Virus record (IMG/VR): IMGVR_UViG_3300033997_000092
Coordinates: 124,001-188,000 of that record
Strand: one strand, 5' to 3'
DNA: 64,000 bases
The notes beneath the pieces were generated by a model, which worked only from the letters and a program-made list of their open reading frames with translations, searched no databases and was not told the origin of the DNA. Positions 37,457-46,526 of this stretch are shown one piece after another. Position numbers and translations under genes: made by a program. Position 1 is the stretch's first letter. The number at the start of each line of letters is the position of its first letter.

Positions 37457-38749
37457 ATGTATCGTATTATTCCAAGTTTGGATATTGCTGCATTGACTCA
37501 ACTTATCTATTCCGGGTTTGTTGATGTTGCTGTACGCAATCAGGAAGACACGGACATTGCTATTCCATTAGCTCTGTCTGGATCGAAGTACGAAGTCGGT
37601 GCCAAAAACGTACAGAAACAATTTGCCCCACGTATATTAAAGTCGGACCTATTAGGTTTGTATAAACGTATGTGTCGCGGTTCGTTTCATGCGATTGATG
37701 TTATCAAACTTCTTTACCGTACAGGTATCGCTGTTCCAAAAAGCGAAGTCCTTACCGCGCTGTGGGCTGAAATGCCTGTTGACGGTTCGTTAGAGTTGCC
37801 AGATAATACAGTCCTGACGTTCGCTGATCTGAAAGCTGTGTTTAAAGAGCATCTACGTGCGGCATTCAAACGCAGTGGCATCTACTGCTATCCGAAAAAA
37901 TTCGTAGACTACTACGAAGACCTGTTTAAGTATGTTGAACCATCTAAACGGCCTTCTGGTGTACGGCTGAAAAATTTATTGGTCGTATCAGGCTGCGAAG
38001 CCGACGTTGTTCTGACCTACACTGTGTTTATGGGTAAACTCAGATTGACGTATGCTGGCGCTAAGCTAGGCACACGGATTTATGATATTACTCCTCAGTG
38101 TAAGATAAACCGAAGCATTCCAAACAATATGCCAAACACAATAACTAAAAAGCTCGAAGGCTTGAAAGTGTCCGTGTTCGGTAAATTTGTTTTCACTAAG
38201 GACGCACGTACACGTTTTGATAAAAGCCAACTTGATGCTGTTGTGGAAACCTTCGTTGGTTTGGATGTTGATTCTTACCAAGATACAAAGCTTGAACGGT
38301 TTGAATCTTCACATCCTATCAGGCCTTATTTACGCCGTTACGAAGAACGCTACGCATCGGCAAAAACATTCATAGCAGAACATGCTAAGAATAGTATCAA
38401 GCGTGACAAAGCCTCAAAGTTTGTTGCAGAGTATGATGCCAAACAGGCTGAGTACGACAAAGCAATAAGCGAATACCGCGCTAAGTTGCGTCAGGAAGAT
38501 CCAATTAAGTGTTTGCATTTCCTTGCATTCGACTTTGTTAAGTCTTCTACCAATTTAGACCGTACGGCAAAATTTGCTCCTGTTCGAGCCAAGTACCCGT
38601 CAGTTATAGAAAAACTGAAAGAGCTTGAGTTTGACACTATGCACGTTTCGTTCGACAATACTCCACTTAGCAAGAACCCGTATTGCTATAAAGGTGTTAT
38701 GCACCGAATCGAAGTAGACGGTATTCCTATGTGGATAAAAGAATCTTAA
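37457..38749 (+). CDS. Hypothetical protein with degenerate NAD-dependent DNA ligase adenylation-like domain
   Basis: VLTY..GKL...G...DIT......IP...V.G.F, LHFLAFD, LKELEF, Y.YKGVMHRI; no KxDG. Confidence 0.5.
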   Translation: MYRIIPSLDIAALTQLIYSGFVDVAVRNQEDTDIAIPLALSGSKYEVGAKNVQKQFAPRILKSDLLGLYKRMCRGSFHAIDVIKLLYRTGIAVPKSEVLTALWAEMPVDGSLELPDNTVLTFADLKAVFKEHLRAAFKRSGIYCYPKKFVDYYEDLFKYVEPSKRPSGVRLKNLLVVSGCEADVVLTYTVFMGKLRLTYAGAKLGTRIYDITPQCKINRSIPNNMPNTITKKLEGLKVSVFGKFVFTKDARTRFDKSQLDAVVETFVGLDVDSYQDTKLERFESSHPIRPYLRRYEERYASAKTFIAEHAKNSIKRDKASKFVAEYDAKQAEYDKAISEYRAKLRQEDPIKCLHFLAFDFVKSSTNLDRTAKFAPVRAKYPSVIEKLKELEFDTMHVSFDNTPLSKNPYCYKGVMHRIEVDGIPMWIKES

Positions 38750-38766
38750 ACCGAAAGGAAAAAGCT

Positions 38767-40488
38767 ATGTTACATCAAAATCTGATCAAACTGACCTCTG
38801 CCGAAATTCAGGAACTTTTACGTTCCGATGACCGTCCGAATTGGGCAACCTATGCTACGGACACACTGATTGAAGCCTCACTGGCTGTTGATTCAAACCT
38901 GTCCTTCTTCGACGTTAAGGATTACCGCGGTACTGCTGACCAGTGCGACACACGTAACCGCATGCTGGCTATCCAGTGTCTGGACAAATACTTCGATGGC
39001 GCTACTGCCAACGCTTCTGTTGACGTTGTTGAAGAAGTAGCTATTCAGGCTACTGCCGGTGCGGATGCTCAACCTGAAGTTGTTGATGTCGAAGAAGACT
39101 TCGATGAAGATGATTCTTCAGAAGACAGTGAAGAAGATTCTGACGACTCTGATGAAGAGGAAGAAGAGGAATCTGACGAAGATTCTGACGAAGACGACTC
39201 CGAAACTGAGCTTATGGAAATCATCGAACTTCTGGAGCAGCCTGTTCAGACGCTTGCGGATGTCCTTATCGAATCTCTTGACGAAGAACAGTTAAGCGAT
39301 TTAACTGAAATTCTGGTCGAACACATTGACGGTGATGACAGCGACGACGAAATCGATCTCGATGATGACGAAGACGACGAAGACAGCGACGAAGGTGATG
39401 AAGACGGTGAGTTTGATAACCTGTCCGATGTATTCTACGCCGACCAATCATCTATCGCTGCTAACCTGGTAATCGTGTTGTCTGCCGCCGATACGGCTGA
39501 ATTGTTCCCACACCGCAACGCTTTAGCGACAGTTAAATCTGTCGATGTTGCTGGCGAAGATGTCATTGTTGATATGGTGCGTGGTCTTACTGGTTTGAGC
39601 CAGACTGACACTAACGCAGACAACCGTAAAGGTTTACTGGTTCCTGGCCTGATCGAAGCGTTTGAGCATGTAGAACATTTCAACTCACGCGACCTGTTAG
39701 TTGCTGCTGGTAGTTCGAGCCAGTTCGTCCGTGCAGTTAATGCGCTTGCTGCGCGTTTAAGTGATGAAGTTCTGGTAAGCTTCCAGAACAGCTTCGACAA
39801 CTTAGGTCTGGCTGACTTTAACCTGGAAACTGAAAACGGTTCTTTCAACGCCGGTTCTTTCGTCAGTGTCCGTGCAAGTGTAGCTCCAGTTACTTCTGAT
39901 TCTACCGTAAGCACGGCTATCACTGTGTTTGTTCAGTTGCGTATTCCTGGCATGTTCGTTACACGTTTACGTGATACTTACATCCAGTCTATTGTTGATT
40001 ATGTTGAATCCAATGACATCAACACTCCGGTTACTTTAATGGTTTCCGCGAACGCTACTGATTTGCTGTTTAACAACAAACTGGTTGCCCCAGCAACACC
40101 TAAGAATCCGGCAAAAACTTACGACCTTCAGAACATCCTGAAGCAAACTGAAACTACGCAGATGTACGGCTTCCAGACGTTCAGTATGCCTCAGTTGCTG
40201 GATATTGCTGAATCGTTGAACCGTGCCCACGAAAGTGATTTGATTCTGGACTCCGATGACAGTAATGACATCGAATCTCTGGACATTGACTCTACTGTTG
40301 GCGGCAGCACGATTCCAGAAGCAGACTTCAATCTCAGCATCCTGCCGCTGAATGGCTCAGCTACAGGTATTCTGCCGTGGGGTGATACTCACGTTATGAT
40401 TGCTGATTTGAACGCTGGTAGCGTTGAAGAAGACGAAGAAGGTGATTCTGACGACATGGAAGGCCTGGACTTCTCTGACGACGAATAA
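38767..40488 (+). CDS. Acidic hypothetical protein
   Basis: AAGGA RBS; D/E tracts plus a folded-looking C-terminal half. Confidence 0.8.
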   Translation: MLHQNLIKLTSAEIQELLRSDDRPNWATYATDTLIEASLAVDSNLSFFDVKDYRGTADQCDTRNRMLAIQCLDKYFDGATANASVDVVEEVAIQATAGADAQPEVVDVEEDFDEDDSSEDSEEDSDDSDEEEEEESDEDSDEDDSETELMEIIELLEQPVQTLADVLIESLDEEQLSDLTEILVEHIDGDDSDDEIDLDDDEDDEDSDEGDEDGEFDNLSDVFYADQSSIAANLVIVLSAADTAELFPHRNALATVKSVDVAGEDVIVDMVRGLTGLSQTDTNADNRKGLLVPGLIEAFEHVEHFNSRDLLVAAGSSSQFVRAVNALAARLSDEVLVSFQNSFDNLGLADFNLETENGSFNAGSFVSVRASVAPVTSDSTVSTAITVFVQLRIPGMFVTRLRDTYIQSIVDYVESNDINTPVTLMVSANATDLLFNNKLVAPATPKNPAKTYDLQNILKQTETTQMYGFQTFSMPQLLDIAESLNRAHESDLILDSDDSNDIESLDIDSTVGGSTIPEADFNLSILPLNGSATGILPWGDTHVMIADLNAGSVEEDEEGDSDDMEGLDFSDDE

Positions 40489-40640
40489 TCGCTCCTGGTG
40501 CGCTGGGTAGAAATACCCAGCTTTCCTTAATCTGTAAATAACTATGTAAGATTCGCTGTTTTTGAATTTGATTCTGTAAATGATAATTCAGTAATTCAGT
40601 AAATCGAGCCAACAACCAACACCGATAAAAAGGAACTGTT

Positions 40641-41168
40641 ATGTCTAAAGACAAAAAATCGCTGCCTGCGAAGACCGGCGGAGCGCAACGTCCAAGTCGC
40701 TTAAACAAAGTGATTAAGAAACTGGATAAAATCTCTGCACTGTCCGACACAAAAGGCCTGCCGTTTAATATCCGCGTTATCGCACGTAACGCACCTACTG
40801 AAATCAGCGGTATCATTATCAGCCTGGACAACGCTCTGACTATTCAGGGCACACGTCACGGTTCTTCAAAAGAAGAAGTGACCAGTATTCCTCTGAACAA
40901 AATCATTAGCATTGTAGGTGGTGTTAATCAGCCTTCAATCGTTACTTATCGCGGCGATGCAGTTCTGATGCAGACCAAGCGCGGTACTCTGACTCCTAAA
41001 GTTATCGGCGGTCAGTCTGTTTATCACATCATGGACAAAGTCACTGGTGACGAAATCGTTGTGTTTAACCATGACGATATTACAGTTGAAGCAAAAGGCG
41101 ATCCTAACGAGATCCGCGAATCTTCTGCTGCGAAAAAGAAAAAGCCAGGCTTTAAGAAAGCCAAGTAA
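40641..41168 (+). CDS. Hypothetical beta-rich basic protein
   Basis: 175 aa, AAGGA RBS. Confidence 0.75.
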   Translation: MSKDKKSLPAKTGGAQRPSRLNKVIKKLDKISALSDTKGLPFNIRVIARNAPTEISGIIISLDNALTIQGTRHGSSKEEVTSIPLNKIISIVGGVNQPSIVTYRGDAVLMQTKRGTLTPKVIGGQSVYHIMDKVTGDEIVVFNHDDITVEAKGDPNEIRESSAAKKKKPGFKKAK

Positions 41169-41274
41169 TTCTGACTCAGGGTTCTTGTTAGAATCCTGAA
41201 TCTGTAAATCTGAATTTGGAAGATACACTCTTTCCCAAATAAGTGTTACGTAACAATAAAGAAGGAAAACCAAA

Positions 41275-41739
41275 ATGGCTAAAGCCAAGAAAACGAAGTT
41301 AAGCCCAATCGCTCAGGCCCTGTTAGCTGCTCTGTCTGCTGCTGTTGAAGAAGGTCTGTTGACTGCTGCACAAATCGCTGAAGCTGCCGGTATCGAAGCC
41401 GAAGAAGAAGCTCCTGCGAAAGGCAAAGGCAAAGGCAAAGCTGAAAAAGCTCCTGCGAAAGGCAAAGGCAAAGGCAAAAAAGCTGCCGACGAAGACGAAG
41501 ACGATGACGACGATGATGACGGTGACGACGACGAAGATGGCGATGACGACGAAGACGAAGACTTCGACCGTGATGAAGCCATCGAAACTCTGGTTGAAGC
41601 CGGTCACAAAAAGGCCAAGCTGAAAAAGCTGGATGACGAAGAACTCCAGGAAATGCTGGACGAGCTGGAAGACGAAGACGGTGATGATGACGACGATGAC
41701 GACGACTTCGATGACGAAGACGACGAAGACGACGAATAA
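41275..41739 (+). CDS. Small protein with KG repeats and poly-Asp/Glu tracts
   Basis: APAKGKGKGK repeats and acidic tracts. Confidence 0.8.
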   Translation: MAKAKKTKLSPIAQALLAALSAAVEEGLLTAAQIAEAAGIEAEEEAPAKGKGKGKAEKAPAKGKGKGKKAADEDEDDDDDDDGDDDEDGDDDEDEDFDRDEAIETLVEAGHKKAKLKKLDDEELQEMLDELEDEDGDDDDDDDDFDDEDDEDDE

Positions 41740-41822
41740 CATCTGATCTGCCTGGTACAAGAACCGTAAATTAAAAACAATGGGCAGTTTAACACACTGC
41801 CCAATTTTCTGGAAAAACGAAA

Positions 41823-42272
41823 ATGAAACAACTGAAGAAAATCGGGAGTTCAGCAACCCGTCTGTTAAAGATTGCTGATGCACTGGACAAACAAGCAGAA
41901 GCGTTACGCGCTGAAGCGAATGCAATCACCGGTCAGGTAGCCGAAGCTTCAGGTGCTGAAGCTCCTGCTAAAGGCAAAGGCAAAAAAGCTGAAAAGCCTG
42001 CCAAAGCTGAAAAAGCCGAAAAGTCTGGCAAAGGCAAAAAAGACAAAAAGGCTGAAAAAGCAGCTAAGTCTGAAAAAGCCGAAAAGTCTGGCAAAGGCAA
42101 AAAGGACAAAAAGGCTGAAAAAGCTGAAGCTGCTGAAAAGCCGGCCAAGTCTAAAAAAGACAAAAAGGCCGCTAAGTCTGAAAAGCCTGGTAAAGGCAAA
42201 AAGGACAAAAAATCAAAAAAGCCTGAAGGGGCCGATACTGAGGATTTCGACTTCGGCGATGAAGACGAGTAA
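41823..42272 (+). CDS. Histone H1-like Lys/Ala-rich protein
   Basis: N-terminal coiled coil plus AEKSGKGKKDKK repeats. Confidence 0.75.
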   Translation: MKQLKKIGSSATRLLKIADALDKQAEALRAEANAITGQVAEASGAEAPAKGKGKKAEKPAKAEKAEKSGKGKKDKKAEKAAKSEKAEKSGKGKKDKKAEKAEAAEKPAKSKKDKKAAKSEKPGKGKKDKKSKKPEGADTEDFDFGDEDE

Positions 42273-42302
42273 ACCCGATGTCGGTTCCCGTTGAACTGAA
42301 GG

Positions 42303-42329
42303 AAAGCGGGGCTTAGGCTCCGCTTTTTT
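42303..42329 (+). terminator. Intrinsic terminator
   Basis: AAAGCGGGGC-TTAG-GCTCCGCTTTTTT. Confidence 0.85.
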
Positions 42330-42347
42330 GCTTTCTGAGGACCATCT

Positions 42348-42770
42348 ATGATTCTTGAATTAACACAATATTTGGCACAGTGCAGTTCTCCGGGTATGGC
42401 GCTACAGGCATTGCACAGTAACGCTGTTATCTTGGCACAGGAACTAAATCAATTACGCTTCGAGTTTGATTCTTGTGAAGTTACTGTTGCCAAGAATTCA
42501 CATTTCCTAAAAGATTCCAAATCAAACTGGGACACGGCAGCATACAAACTCGCAATCAGTAAAGCTGAGCGGGACAGAACTCTGCTGTCTTATCGTATCG
42601 TCCAAGCAGAGAAGCTCCAAAAGATCTTACTCAGTAAGATCAGTGATCTGTCTGGAATTTCTGTTCTGGACGTTGAAGATTTGTTAGATCCGTCTCTTAT
42701 GGATCAAGTAATATCCCTGTCCCAGATCCATTTAGAGAAGGCATTATCATCTATCAAACAACTGGAGTGA
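42348..42770 (+). CDS. Hypothetical protein
   Basis: 140 aa, GAGGA RBS. Confidence 0.65.
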   Translation: MILELTQYLAQCSSPGMALQALHSNAVILAQELNQLRFEFDSCEVTVAKNSHFLKDSKSNWDTAAYKLAISKAERDRTLLSYRIVQAEKLQKILLSKISDLSGISVLDVEDLLDPSLMDQVISLSQIHLEKALSSIKQLE

Positions 42771-43162
42771 TTATGGACTCTGCACTTAAGGATTGTATAT
42801 TTAAAGTGCAGGCTGCAAAAGCCGCACTTGCTCAATCGAACAAAAATTTGATTGAGTATGTTTTCCGCGTATGTCCGTTAGGAAACTACTGCCTGCTTGT
42901 TACTATAGATCCAGACAAGCTACAAGGTCGATTATCTCCAGATTTTGAATTTGAAGCGTGTGTCTCTTTGCAGATATTGCACCCTGTTAGCATGGAAGAG
43001 GCACACTTATCTCCCACTACATCGGATAGTGTAACACTTCAAGAACTAACTAAAATCAGAAGAATTCTTGAATCTGGTCAGTTGCCTGAGCGTGACGACA
43101 CACTAACAAAACGATTTATCGAAGTTATGGAAATGAAATATAGCGGTGAGCAACATGGCTAA
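42767..43162 (+). CDS. Hypothetical protein
   Basis: 131-aa coupled ORF. Confidence 0.6.
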   Translation: MIMDSALKDCIFKVQAAKAALAQSNKNLIEYVFRVCPLGNYCLLVTIDPDKLQGRLSPDFEFEACVSLQILHPVSMEEAHLSPTTSDSVTLQELTKIRRILESGQLPERDDTLTKRFIEVMEMKYSGEQHG

Positions 43163-45206
43163 AGTGAAAAAAGCGCAAGCATATTCCGAGGACAGTATTA
43201 GAGTCCTCGAAGGATTGGAAAAAGTACGCAGTAACGCGACTATGTACATGGGCGACTTGGGTACGCCGATGGTATATCGCATGGTTAAGGAAGCCGTAGA
43301 TAACTTCTACGATGAAGCACAAGCTGGCCGTAATACTGGCGGTATAGTTGCATTCAGCCTAAAAGAAAATCGCTACATCATTGCTGACTTCGCGCAGGGT
43401 ATTCCTGTCGGTATGAAGAAAGTAGGCGGCAAGAGTGTTAGTACATTGACTGTTGTTATGACCGAGCTGCATGCCGGCGGTAAGTTTGATGACAGTGCTT
43501 ATAAAACTTCATCAGGTACACATGGTGTTGGTATCAGTGCTACCAACGCATTGTCGAAAGAGTTCCGTGTTTGGACTCGCCGTGAAGGCTCCTGGTACTT
43601 CCAGGAATTCAGTTGTGGTGTTGCATTAGCTGATGTTAAAAAGCTCAGTGACGACAAAGCACTAATTAAACGCTGTGACTTCCTGAAGCCGTATCGCAAA
43701 CGTCTCGGCACAGTGATCGAGTTTATTCCTGATCAGTCAGTGATAGCAGAAAACGCATCGCGTACAAAGAAAGTCAAAAATCTTATTGAAGCAAAGTTGG
43801 ACATCAAAGTTGCTGGCCCTTGGCTGCGTAACTTAGCTATGCTTACTCCTGGTCTTGAAATTACCTACATGCACTTGGATAAAGACATCAGCAAGACTTT
43901 CCAGAACAAGAAAGGCCTTCCTGGTATCATCAACAACATCGTCGAGAAGAACACTCTGACTCCACTGAACAGCCGTGCTATGTTCGAGTACAGTGACGAT
44001 TATCTGAGTATGTGTTTGCTTTGGACTACACACGCCGACGACAATTACTTCCAGTCGTTTGTAAACAGTAGCCCGACTATCGATCACGGTATGCACGTAA
44101 AAGGTTTCCGTGATGCTTTGGCAGAAGCACTTAAACCGTATCTGCCTAAAAAGAAAGCAACAAAAAGCAAGCGCAGTAAGAAACCTGAGAACGATTTTAA
44201 AGTCGAAGATTTGTTTATCGGCCTTGTAGGTGTTATCAACTGGCGTATGAACTCCGCACAGTTCTCTGGTCAGGTGAAAGACAAACTTGTTTCAAAGGTC
44301 GATGTGCAGATCTATGAAAAGCTTGTCGGTGAACTCAAAGCATTCTTCACTAAGCACAAAAAGCTCGGTAAAGAAATTGTAGCCCGTGCCGTAGCAGCTT
44401 CCGGTGTTCGTGCTTCACTGGCAAACATTATGAAGTCGATGTCCGAAGTGCGTTCAAGCACACGTAGCATGTTGCCTGCCTGTTTGACCGAAGCTCCTAA
44501 CTGCTCAGATGAAGATCGTGAACAGTATATCGTTGAAGGTGACTCGGCTGCGGGTACTGCAAAGAACGCACGTAACGCTAACCAGGAAGTTGTGTCGCTT
44601 TCTGGTAAGATTCTCAATGCCTTGCGTGAAAGTTTACCGAAGTTGCTTTCTAACGAACGCATACAAGACTTGATTGCTTGTGCTGGTGCTGACCTGAAGT
44701 CGTTGGATCCAAAAGACAAGAACCCGCATTTCTCTGTTGAGAAGTTGCGTGTTGGTCGTGTGATACTTCTTGCGGATGCTGACCCTGACGGCTTCCACAT
44801 TACAACACTGTTGATTGCTTTCTACTGGCGTATGTTCCCAGATTTGATTAAGCAAGGCCGCCTGTATGTTGTTGATGCTCCACTATTCAACGCTATGCAC
44901 AAAGGCAAACACTACGGCGGGAACTCTGCTGAAGAATGTCTGGCAGCTATGGAAAAAGACAATGTTCCTAAGCAGCTTATGTTCCGTGCTAAAGGTTGGG
45001 GTGAAGTACCTGAAGATATGTTGGGTTACATTGCCTTTGATCAGAAGACACGTAAACTTATCCGTATCACAGAGGAAACCTGTAAAGACAAGTTGCGCTT
45101 CTACTACCAGTTCATTGCTGAAGATGCCTCAGCCAGACGCCGCCTGTTAGGTCTTAAAGGTTCTGCTGGTGCTGAGATACCTGTAGAAGAATCTAAGGAA
45201 GACTAA
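43155..45206 (+). CDS. gyrB: Type IIA topoisomerase subunit B (GyrB/ParE-like)
   Basis: IRVLEGLEKVR, EAVDN..DE, GIPV, LHAGGKF, SGTHGVG.S..NALS, IVEGDSA.G, LADADPDG.HI, KGWGE. Confidence 0.93.
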   Translation: MAKVKKAQAYSEDSIRVLEGLEKVRSNATMYMGDLGTPMVYRMVKEAVDNFYDEAQAGRNTGGIVAFSLKENRYIIADFAQGIPVGMKKVGGKSVSTLTVVMTELHAGGKFDDSAYKTSSGTHGVGISATNALSKEFRVWTRREGSWYFQEFSCGVALADVKKLSDDKALIKRCDFLKPYRKRLGTVIEFIPDQSVIAENASRTKKVKNLIEAKLDIKVAGPWLRNLAMLTPGLEITYMHLDKDISKTFQNKKGLPGIINNIVEKNTLTPLNSRAMFEYSDDYLSMCLLWTTHADDNYFQSFVNSSPTIDHGMHVKGFRDALAEALKPYLPKKKATKSKRSKKPENDFKVEDLFIGLVGVINWRMNSAQFSGQVKDKLVSKVDVQIYEKLVGELKAFFTKHKKLGKEIVARAVAASGVRASLANIMKSMSEVRSSTRSMLPACLTEAPNCSDEDREQYIVEGDSAAGTAKNARNANQEVVSLSGKILNALRESLPKLLSNERIQDLIACAGADLKSLDPKDKNPHFSVEKLRVGRVILLADADPDGFHITTLLIAFYWRMFPDLIKQGRLYVVDAPLFNAMHKGKHYGGNSAEECLAAMEKDNVPKQLMFRAKGWGEVPEDMLGYIAFDQKTRKLIRITEETCKDKLRFYYQFIAEDASARRRLLGLKGSAGAEIPVEESKED

Positions 45207-45238
45207 TTTATAGCTATCCGTTTAATAACGAGGTAGCT

Positions 45239-45628
45239 ATGTACTACGTTCTCCTTGATGTAACATGCAGTCCAGTGGAGACAGCGGACTTACGATTCGT
45301 TCAGTCTCCATCACTGGTTACTTTTTGGTTCTGTGTAGAGAAACTCCCGACATATTTAATGATTGCTTCGTTGATGGTTCTTGATAGCGAAGGCAATATA
45401 TTGAAGTCTGTATGGGACAGTTACAAAAAGACCGTTGATGCGTATACACTTGATTTAATCGACAGTATATGTATTGACGGCACAACAACTGATTTCTCAA
45501 AATACATAGATCCTTCTGGTATGCCAAATCTCGGTTACGATTCATTCTATGATTCGGATTTAATATACGAACGCAAACGAGAGATGTTGCCGCGTATAAA
45601 CAACATACTTTCAACAATATTGAAGTGA
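45239..45628 (+). CDS. Hypothetical protein
   Basis: 129 aa, GAGG RBS. Confidence 0.6.
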   Translation: MYYVLLDVTCSPVETADLRFVQSPSLVTFWFCVEKLPTYLMIASLMVLDSEGNILKSVWDSYKKTVDAYTLDLIDSICIDGTTTDFSKYIDPSGMPNLGYDSFYDSDLIYERKREMLPRINNILSTILK

Positions 45629-45635
45629 GGATTTT

Positions 45636-46088
45636 ATGGCCACTAAAGCAGAAAGCACTGTCTTTTTATTCATGCCGTTTCATTTTGCTGGACATACAAA
45701 TACTTGGTTCAAAACAACATTGCCTGTGATTCGTGGAGAACGCGAACACCGTGATGGTACGCCAGCGCAACGGCTGTTAGATGTAATGCCGTCTTTCGCT
45801 GCTGCTGTTATCGTAGATAGCCTAGGCTACTTTATTAAAAAGCAACCAAGCAATATGTTTGGTGAACACGTTATCCGTGTGTTCTCTGAAGGCATGCAGT
45901 GGTTAGAACAGAATTCAGTTAGCATTAGCCGTGACGCACTTTTGTCTGAGTTGCAGGTTGTATCAAACCCAAACAACAGGCTGAAGACCGTTAAGTCCAC
46001 GGCATCATCGGATGCTTATAACAGCAAGGCGTTTACTGATTTCCTGACTATCGTACTTCCTAAGGGTGTCCCTTCTGCTTTAGGATAA
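45636..46088 (+). CDS. Hypothetical protein
   Basis: 150 aa, GAGGA RBS. Confidence 0.65.
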   Translation: MATKAESTVFLFMPFHFAGHTNTWFKTTLPVIRGEREHRDGTPAQRLLDVMPSFAAAVIVDSLGYFIKKQPSNMFGEHVIRVFSEGMQWLEQNSVSISRDALLSELQVVSNPNNRLKTVKSTASSDAYNSKAFTDFLTIVLPKGVPSALG

Positions 46089-46089
46089 T

Positions 46090-46147
46090 CTCTGCTATCC
46101 GTTGCAGAAATAGGTCATTGACATCTGATATTCTCCTGTAGTATAAT
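46090..46147 (+). promoter_or_regulatory. Early sigma70-type promoter (copy 5)
   Basis: CTCTGCTATCCGTTGCAGAAATAGG..TTGACA-N18-TATAAT. Confidence 0.8.
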
Positions 46148-46175
46148 CGCGTGAGTGATTCTTTGGAGAAACTCT

Positions 46176-46526
46176 ATGAATAACGCTGATGAATTTCTTA
46201 AACGCAAAAGGATATTCATTGCTACATTTATTCCCACGGACAAATATCCTAAGCCTCCTGCATCCAATCATTGGACCGTTCATGTTCCAGTTGTGTTCGA
46301 TTACAGGTCTAATCAACTCAAGGCTTATGTGATGGGGAATGATTATGTTGTTGAAGCAGTTCACTCTGGCTTCATCCACAAGTTTTTTAGTTTACGGGAA
46401 GTTCCTTCTACAGACGCCCAGTACCAAAACATAGTAGAACGAGTAAAGTACATTCGAGGGATCTATGAGAGACAAAAAGAAAGCGATAAAAGCCGCGAAG
46501 TCCAAAGCGCCTGGCAAAGAACCTGA
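46176..46526 (+). CDS. Early hypothetical protein
   Basis: GGAG RBS before ATG 46176. Confidence 0.6.
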   Translation: MNNADEFLKRKRIFIATFIPTDKYPKPPASNHWTVHVPVVFDYRSNQLKAYVMGNDYVVEAVHSGFIHKFFSLREVPSTDAQYQNIVERVKYIRGIYERQKESDKSREVQSAWQRT

